Below the pieces are notes generated by a model. The model ran no database searches. It was not told the DNA's origin and saw only the letters and a list, made by a program, of their open reading frames with translations. The position numbers and the translations under genes are program-made. A stretch of 64,000 bases of DNA from Octopus vulgaris (lineage: Eukaryota), in the NCBI GenBank assembly GCA_951406725.2, contig OX597838.1, forward strand, positions 39,742,001 through 39,806,000, given 5' to 3'. Positions 55,926-64,000 of this stretch are shown here, one piece after another; the first letter of the stretch is position 1; every line of letters starts with the position of its first letter.

Positions 55926-56757
55926 CATGTCTCCTTTTAAACCATTGTAAAGAGATGAGCTAATTCAACATCAACCTCAAACGAGGCATCTTTCATAGTG
56001 ACTCCCTCTCTCTATTACTCTTTTGCATGGCACTGATCTCACTCTTGAACTAAATAACCCCAGATGTGAGTTCAAAGTTTATAATATGACAATAAACCAT
56101 CTGTTTTATATGGATGATCTGAAACTGTTTCCTAGACATGACCTAGAGCTAGTAAACCTGCTAACAACTGTTAGCAATGACATCGGGATGGATTTTGGAC
56201 TTCGATAAGCATACTGGAGTAGCTTTTGTAAGAGACAAACTCAGACAAACAACTTTCATTATTAGATACCGACCCTGCCATCAAGGAGGTTATAAATATC
56301 TGGGTATAAATGAAAGAGATGGTATACAACATGCTACTATGAAGGAAAAAATAAGAAAGGGGGTATGACAGGCGAATAAGACTCATACTAAAAACTGAAT
56401 TCAGCTCCAAAAATCGAATCGAAGCCGTTAACATCCTGGCACTTCCAGTAGTCCAATATAGTATTAACATAATTAACTGGACTCTTACAGAGCTCCAACG
56501 CTGGACAGGAAGACAACAAATTAACATCGAAGAGAGCCATGTCTCAGAGAAATCCAAAAGATTGTGCTGGCAAGAACTGCCCACATCCTTAGAAAAACCC
56601 TATCAATTTAAATGTCTATGATGGTATTTCGCTACCGCCCCAGCCACTTTCCTACCCAAGCTTTTAGTCATATCGTAACATTTCTTATCTTTCACTGGCC
56701 CTAGGATACTAGTTGTGTCTCAGCAAGTAATTGTAACAAAGATGCAGATTAAATGTA

Positions 56758-56758
<1 letters not shown>
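55630..56758 (+). mobile_element. Further R4/Dong fragments (55630-55810; 55925-56758 with RT core)
   Basis: NHLFYMDDLKLF, DIGMDFGL, YKYLG, IQKIVLARTAHILRK; separated by TAA/GAT tracts. Confidence 0.85.
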
Positions 56759-56797
<39 letters not shown>

Positions 56798-56800
56798 GTA

Positions 56801-57289
56801 ATGGGCTACAGCAAAAAATGGTATAAAAGATGGGCTACAGCAAATATTCTGTTCAATACCACAGACTTGCTTGTCAGTTGTTTGACCTTAACCAGTTGGG
56901 CATGTCCCTTAGTAGATGACGATAAGTACATCGCTGATCACGAGCAGAAGTAGTGGGGGAATATCATAGCCATGTGTTGAATGAGATTCTTTGGGGTTTG
57001 AATAATTCGCCTCTGGAAACATGGGTGTTTCGTTCAAAATCCTTAAACAACCATTATTCAGGGACCCTTTGAGCAGGATGGGTTACTCAACCTGAAGAAA
57101 ATTCTAACTGGGCCCCACCTGCAAGGTCATGTGCTGTTTACCTTGATATGAGATCACCATGTTGCGCACATTTGGTTATGATGCATGTGCCCAGTGTACC
57201 CTTATCAGACGGGTAGTCATGATGTGTATACTGGGCTTCGTATATTTCACCCCAGTGTCACTTTGATGGCATGTACTGCTCTCTCACTC
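56801..57289 (+). mobile_element. (TAA)n-associated non-coding retroposon, 5'-truncated
   Basis: Homologous to 52028-52495. Confidence 0.85.
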
Positions 57290-57336
<47 letters not shown>

Positions 57337-57337
<1 letters not shown>

Positions 57338-57660
57338 TCAGATACCTAACTCAGATACCAGGAAACCCCAAAATGGCAGAAATTCAAAAGATAGTGCTCA
57401 TGGGAACTGCTCATATCCTACGCAAAATACTCTCTATGTAATCCCAAGGTTTAAAACAAACTTTTTTTAATTTTTATTTTTACTTTTTATTTATTTATTT
57501 ATTTATTTTTATGTATTAGACATTCACTAGTACAACACCAAAAAAACTCCAAAAAAAACCCCCAAATATATGGCACAGAACTTCCAACCTGTTGTCTTTT
57601 GAGGTCTCTGGGTGAGACTTGGAGCCAACTTGTACAGACATAAAGCAAAAGTCAAACATA

Positions 57661-57662
<2 letters not shown>
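57337..57662 (+). mobile_element. R4/Dong family B 3' end
   Basis: IQKIVLMGTAHILRKILSM* plus the family B 3' UTR. Confidence 0.88.
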
Positions 57663-57696
<34 letters not shown>

Positions 57697-57717
57697 TGAT
57701 GATGATGATGATGATGA

Positions 57718-57758
<41 letters not shown>

Positions 57759-57789
57759 ATCATGATCATGAGTCTTATTTTTATTATCA

Positions 57790-58075
57790 TGTGAGGACGC
57801 ATGGCCTAGTGTTTAGGGTGTTACATTCACGATCGCGAGATTGTGGTTTCAATTCCTAGACCGGAAGGTGCGTTCTTGAGCAAAAAACATCATCTGCGAT
57901 CACTTCGACACCCAAAGCATAGTATACTGAGTAGCTGTTCAAACAACATCGAGTTGATAGAGGGAGTGAGCTAATGTACACCGCTTACATTTGATCTCTA
58001 TGAACAAATCATTTGAGCAGGTCTTTCAGCAAAACTTGAACTCTCATAAGTCGTCTTCGACGTGAGAGTCCATTG
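57790..58075 (+). mobile_element. Diverged tRNA-derived SINE
   Basis: ggacgcatggcctagtg...ggtttcaattcc A/B-box head. Confidence 0.6.
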
Positions 58076-58084
58076 TTGTTGTTA

Positions 58085-58519
58085 TTTTTTTCTTTCTTCT
58101 CTCTTCAAATTTTCTTCCGTTTCTCGCCGAGTGTTTTCTGTACACCTAGGGCATAGACGCTCATTGTATGATTCCGAGATTCACGCGCAAATTCACAGAT
58201 AAAATATGTATTTAAAAATTAATAAATAAATAAATTCATGGATGGATGTTGTTTTCACAGCGATAATGCACTTCTCAGTACATAAGCTGTTCCAGTTAAT
58301 ACGATTTTTTGCACTTCCTGTAGGGATGGTAAGCCTGGTATCAATTTCAAATAGGTTTCAGTACGTTTCTTTATCATTCCAAGAGATCCTACAATCACTG
58401 GTACTGTAGTCGCCTTGGGATGCCACATTTTTTCAATTTCTATTAGCAAGTCTTTATATTTACTAATCTTGTCAAATTCTTTCGCCGCCATATTGTGATC
58501 GCAGGGAATACTCATGTCT
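58085..58519 (-). mobile_element. R4/Dong family A-like 3' end
   Basis: ORF 58255-58515 closely resembles the C-terminus of ORF 741-1289. Confidence 0.88.
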
Positions 58520-58529
58520 TATTATTATT

Positions 58530-58730
58530 GAGTGAGAGAGAAGCGCATGCCATCAAAATGACATTGGGGTAAAATATACGAAGCTCAGTATACCCATCAT
58601 GACTACCCGTCTGATAAGGGTACACTAGGTACATGCATCACAACCATACGTGCGCGACATAGTGATCTCATATCAAGATAAACAGCACATGACCTTGCAG
58701 GTGGGGCCCAGTTAGAGTTTTCTTCTGCTC
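58530..58730 (-). mobile_element. (TAA)n-associated retroposon 3' part
   Basis: Reverse complement of 52295-52495. Confidence 0.85.
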
Positions 58731-58731
58731 T

Positions 58732-58779
<48 letters not shown>

Positions 58780-59604
58780 GGATCTTTTCCCTTTGAACGG
58801 CAAATCAAGAAATTAATTTTTTGTAACTAAACACTTTCAAACTTCGGGCACTGGTAGAATGCGTCATATAAAACATCTGTTACTCTTAGCGTTTTTCAGA
58901 AAAGTTTCTATTTACGAAGTTATTTCGTGTTAAAGTTGTCGTATTTCTGTAATTTCAACAAATCAATGTCGTGTATTCAGCTGAATAAATTTACTGCTGT
59001 CTGTCTGCAACAACTTCCGGCGGTGTATATTTCGTTTGTCACTGTTATTTATGACATCGTTCGTGAGTTTGTACTGATTTTAGCGTTAGGGTTTTAGGGT
59101 TAGGATTTTAGGGTTAGGGTATTAGGGTTAGGGTTAGGGTTTTAGCTTTAGGTTTAATGGTTAGGATTAGGGTTTTAGGGTTGGGGTTAAGGATTTAGGT
59201 TTAGTGTTAGGATTTTAGGTAAGGATTTTAAGGTTAGGATTTTATAGTTAGTGTTAGGTTTTAAGGTTAGGATTAGGGTTTCAGGGTTAGGGTTAAGGTT
59301 AGGCTGGGGTTTTATGGTTAGGCTTGTGGTTTTAGTGTTAGAGTTACGGAAAAAGTGAAAAATGAGAAAATTGAAGGGAGAGGGGAGGCAAAATGTCTCT
59401 CCGAAAATAGTAGCTGAAAAACGGGAAAACAAAAACTAAAATCAGTAGAAATATACGAACGTCTATGGTGGTGCCATGAAGTAAACATGCTTCAGATACA
59501 TTCGTTTATTCATACAAACGTATGTGAGATGAAATATGCCATAAATGATAGTGACAAACGAAATATACAACGCCAGAAGGTTTTGTTAACAAACAACAGC
59601 AGTA
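58780..59604. mobile_element. Foldback-type non-autonomous element enclosing a degenerate (TTAGGG)n tract (59079-59345)
   Basis: 58993-59057 is inverted relative to 59535-59604; inner IR tactgattttag / ctaaaatcagta. Confidence 0.7.
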
Positions 59605-59621
59605 CTTTATTATTATTATTA

Positions 59622-59693
<72 letters not shown>

Positions 59694-59802
59694 GTAGTAG
59701 TAGTAGTAGTAGTAGTAATAGTAATAGTAGTAGTAGTAGTAGCATTAGCAGTTGTAGTAGTAGTATCATTATTATTATTATTATGATTATTTATTATCAT
59801 CA

Positions 59803-59873
<71 letters not shown>

Positions 59874-59874
<1 letters not shown>

Positions 59875-60818
59875 TATGTTTGACTTTTGCTTTACATTTA
59901 CACAAGCTGGCTCCAAGTCTCACCCAGAGACCTCAATAGACAACAAGTTGAAAGTTCGTGTTGGTGTTATGCCTAGGGTGCCATATATTTGGTTTTGTAC
60001 TTAGTGTTGTACTAGTGAATGTGTAAAAAAAACATACGAAAATTACATTTGTTTTAAAACTTGAGATTACATAGAAAGTATTTTGCGTAGGATATGAGCA
60101 GTTCCCATGAGCACTATCTTTTGAATTTCTGCCATTTTAGGTTTCCTGGAATCTGAGTTAGGTAGCAATCAGCCCCTTTTGCTATCATTCTCAGGGCACC
60201 TCTGACAACAGGTATTGCTTTAGTCTTCAGGTTCCACATTTTGCTGATTTCTATTTCCAGATCTTTATATTTGTTCAGTTTCTGGTAGGTCTTGACAGAT
60301 ACGTTTATATCGATTGGTACAGTCATATCAATGAGGAGGCATGTTCTTTGTTTGAAGTCTTTCAATATGATGTCTGGCCTATTTGCATCTATCTTTCTAT
60401 CAGTTTGGATGGTGAAGTTCCAGAGGAGTGAGATGTGGTCATTTTCAAGCACTGGAGGTGGATTGTGTTCCCACCATTTTTTTTTCATGGGGCAAATCCA
60501 GGTTTTTGCAGATTAACCAGTGAATATATTGTGCAGCTCTATCATGCCTGTTGAGATACTCTGTAGGCGCTAGAAGACTGCACTTGGAGACAACATGATC
60601 AATGGTTTCATTTTGTTGTTGACATACACGACATGTTGGGCTACAGCCGTTCTTTAATATGTTGGCCTGGTAGTTTATTGTAAGTAGGCATTGATCTTGA
60701 GTTGCTATGATAAACCCTTCTGTTTCAGATTTTAAGCCAGGGGCCATTAGCCATTGATGGGTCAGGGCTTTGTTAACATCTGCATTATTCGCTCTCTTTG
60801 GGTATTTGCCAGAGAGAA
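59874..60818 (-). mobile_element. R4/Dong family B, longest copy
   Basis: GLKSETEGFIIATQDQ..CRVC..ETIDHVVSKC..RHD..NRPD; TAA tracts on both sides. Confidence 0.93.
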
Positions 60819-60819
60819 G

Positions 60820-60855
<36 letters not shown>

Positions 60856-60872
60856 GTTGTTGTTGTTGTTAT

Positions 60873-60914
<42 letters not shown>

Positions 60915-61253
60915 CATCATTATTTTTATTATTATTATTATTCCAACTAATATTTCTTGTACTGTAATGCTTTGTAATGTAATGCTAGATTGTTTTAAAT
61001 ATTACCTACTTTAATGCTGTGAAAAATTGTTTTCCTCAATATGAGCGGCTGAAATTTGGCTGTCGATGTATTTAATGTTCGAAACATAGGAAAACTAAAG
61101 CAGAATATAATAATTATAAAGTAAACCAAAAGGAATAATATTAAAACATAATACATTCTTCTACATTATTTTCTTTAATCGTTCTATATTTTTTACACAT
61201 TTTTTTTTCTTTCTGCTTCTCACAGACGCTTCCAATGAAAAAATTTCATTTAC

Positions 61254-61411
61254 CTCATAATACAAATCTTTATCCTCTAGAAAGACTCGGTCGCAATAAA
61301 TATTCTGTAGTTTCTTAGCCAACCGTTCTGTGCAAGGGAACCTTTCGTACCAACATTCATAGAACTTGCAGTCGGAAGTGTGAATATGTTCAAGACAAAC
61401 TTCATTGACCG
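61254..61411 (-). CDS. STC: Stanniocalcin-family gene, coding exon 2 (158 nt, phase 1 to phase 0)
   Basis: Long polypyrimidine acceptor (ttctcttttcttgatgtattttttcag) and GAG|gtaaat donor. Translates xVNEVCLEHIHTSDCKFYECWYERFPCTERLAKKLQNIYCDRVFLEDKDLYYE, with the first five STC cysteines (C-x8-C-x4-C-x6-C-x12-C). Confidence 0.9.
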
Positions 61412-61517
61412 CTGAAAAAATACATCAAGAAAAGAGAAACACAAAGGTGTTGTACAGCATGTCGGTATCATCATTGTCACGCCGCCGCCACCACCGCCGT
61501 CGTCGTACTAGCAGTCG

Positions 61518-61519
<2 letters not shown>

Positions 61520-61552
<33 letters not shown>

Positions 61553-62192
61553 TGTTGTTGTTGTTGTTGTAGTAGTAGTAGTAGTAGTTGTTGTTGTTGT
61601 AGTAGTAGTAGTAGTAGTAGTAGTTGTTGTAGTAGTAGTAGTAGTTGTTGTTGTTGTAGTAGTAGTAGTGGTAGTAGTAGTAGTAGTAGTTGTTGTAGTT
61701 GTAGTAGTAGTTTTAGTAGTAGTAGTAGTTGTAGCAGTAGTAGTAGTTTTAGTAGTAGTAGTAGTTGTAGTAGTAGTTTTAGTAGTAGTAGTAGTTGTAG
61801 TAGTAGTAGTAGTAGTAGTTGTAGTAGTTGTAGTAGTAGTAGTAGTAGTAGTTGTAGTAGTAGTAGTAGTATTAGTAGTAGTAGTAGTTGTAGTAGTTGT
61901 AGTAGTAGTTGTAGTAGTAGTTGTAGTAGTAGTTGTTGTAGTAGTAGTAGTAGTAGTTGTAGTAGTAGTTGTAGTAGTAGTAGTAGTTGTAGTAGTAGTT
62001 GTTGTTGTAGTAGTAGTAGTAGCTGTTGTATTAGTAGTAGTAGTTGTAGTAGTTGTAGTAGTAGTTGTTGTAGTAGTAGTAGTAGTTGTAGTAGTAGTAG
62101 TAGTTGTTGTTGTAGTAGTAGTAGTAGTTGTTGTAGTAGTAGTAGTAGTAGTTGTAGTAGTAGTAGTTGTAGTAGTAGTAGTAGTAGTAGTT

Positions 62193-62238
<46 letters not shown>
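61520..62238. repeat. ~720-bp (AGT/TGT)n microsatellite
   Basis: Seen directly; source of the poly-T/S/V/L ORFs. Confidence 0.96.
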
Positions 62239-62587
62239 ATGGCACTGTTCTTTTGCATAGACATAGGAAACTCTGATCATGCACGCATAGCATGAAAGGC
62301 GCTCCAAACCAGGAGCACCCTGTCATTTTAGGCATATCTTGGACTATTTAACGTTTCTATTTTATTTATTCTTAAAGCCGGCAGTGTGTAAATTCTAGCA
62401 GGCTAAGTGACTGCATTTAGGCTTTCGTTTTAGTTGTAGGCGAGATTTGGTAGGGCAGGCCTATCATCAAAAGCATTCCAAGCGCGTGACAATCACTTAT
62501 TTTCCCCTAGACATTATGTAAGTGGCTGGCCGATGGCATTTCGGTAGATGTTCAGAAGAGTTAGGTTTATTATTATTATTATCATCA

Positions 62588-62675
<88 letters not shown>

Positions 62676-62704
62676 AAGTGTACCTGGTATTATCTATAAG
62701 GTCA

Positions 62705-62988
62705 CACTGCATCACAACCATATGTGCGCGACATGGTGATCTCATATCAAGGTAAACAGCGCATGACCTTGCAGGTGGAGCCCTGTTAGAATTTTCTTCA
62801 GGTCGAGTAGTCCATCTCGCTCAAAAGGTCCCTGAATAAGGGTTGTTTAAGGATGTTGAAAGAACCACCCATGTTTCCAGAGGTTAATTATTCAAACCCC
62901 AAAGAATCCCCCTCAACACATGGCTATGATGCTCCCCCACTACTTCTGCTCGTGATCAGAGATGCACATATCGTCAGCCATTAAGGGA

Positions 62989-62990
<2 letters not shown>
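62705..62990 (-). mobile_element. (TAA)n-associated retroposon, internal part
   Basis: Homologous to 70-348. Confidence 0.85.
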
Positions 62991-63048
<58 letters not shown>

Positions 63049-63104
63049 CATTATTATTACTATTATTATTATCATTATCATCATCATCATCATCATTATT
63101 ATTA

Positions 63105-63138
<34 letters not shown>

Positions 63139-63351
63139 CATTATTATTACTATTATCATCATCATCATCATCATCATTATTATTATCATTATTATTATTA
63201 TTATTGAGTGAGAAAGCAATGCATCCCATCGGAATGCAAGATGCAAGATGCAAGATGCACGGTAACATACCCTTGCATCGGAGTCAAGTCTCGGCGGGTG
63301 GAAAATGCTCCTGAGAGCCAAGTACGACAATGCCTTGGGTGTATGTGGGAA

Positions 63352-63403
<52 letters not shown>

Positions 63404-63404
<1 letters not shown>

Positions 63405-64000
63405 GATTTGGAACGGAAGAAGAAGCTAGATGTAATTCCACAACCAGTTTGAGGATTGACAACTTTTATTTAATTCCCAGTTATCGTGGCCAACGTTTTG
63501 CCAAGATTAGGGTGCTGAATGTGCCACCAGAAATATCCATTACCTGGTTAGTGGCGGCCATCTTGGCAAGTTTACAAGAAGATTAAGTCACAATATTGGA
63601 GGTTAAGAAACTACCTAACCAAAACTGGTTAGGTATTGGTATGGAACTGACCTTTCAATGCAAGCAGGATCATATCAATCAGCTTCCCGATCTAATCGAT
63701 CTCCCGCAAGGTACTCACCTGTCAGTGTTCGTGTAAAGTAGAAAACCGAGATGCCACACATGTGGACCTGTAAATCACTTAAAAATTTCTTGCCCTGAAA
63801 CAAAGTAAATTAAAGTCCCACAGCTGCCAACATTACAAACACCATAAGTTCAAACTCATGAACAAGTGTTTAAGACTCCTACGCCTACTCCCACACTCAC
63901 ACTCACACCCACTGAGGGGAACAAAGAAGGAGTCTACTCCCGATTGCCACAGAAAATCATGTTTCTCCTGAATGCTCTTCCTCCCAAACCAACATCATTT
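63404..64000 (+). mobile_element. L1/Tx1-like ORF1 (gag-like) relic with zinc knuckle
   Basis: One frame with stops: KIRVLNVPPEI...SRKPRCHTCGPVNHLKISCP; CX2CX4HX4C at 63752-63793. Confidence 0.7.

Noticed and set aside
59079-59345. True telomere or chromosome end
   Set aside because: Short, degenerate and internal, enclosed by inverted repeats within an intron.
61477-62335. Poly-Thr ORF as a mucin-like exon or STC exon 1
   Set aside because: Pure (AGT/TGT)n, open in multiple frames on both strands, with no convincing signal peptide or phase-1 donor.

Overview
AT-rich, microsatellite-saturated eukaryotic DNA, most likely an octopod cephalopod. This is inferred from Octopus-type tRNA SINEs and decayed HTGEKPYHCDICGK-type C2H2 zinc fingers. 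Nearly all long ORFs in the supplied track are microsatellite or transposon artefacts. The main host feature, never assembled by the ORF track, is a spliced stanniocalcin-family gene on the minus strand. Three coding exons (61411-61254, 51784-51561, 41887-41788) join in frame, keep all 10 core cysteines and match vertebrate STC1 intron positions and phases as I recall them. Exon 1 is probably upstream of the window. About 1.5 kb past its stop codon lies a ~2.8-kb-arm inverted duplication (32639-40279). The rest is mobile DNA: R4/Dong-type LINEs nested in (TAA)n and (CATA)n tracts, RTE, CR1 and L1-like LINE relics, two Penelope-like elements, several minimal hammerhead ribozymes and foldback elements in (TA)n, Gypsy, Merlin, Helitron and Tigger-like relics, and at least five SINE families. 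Repeat boundaries are read by eye and are approximate.
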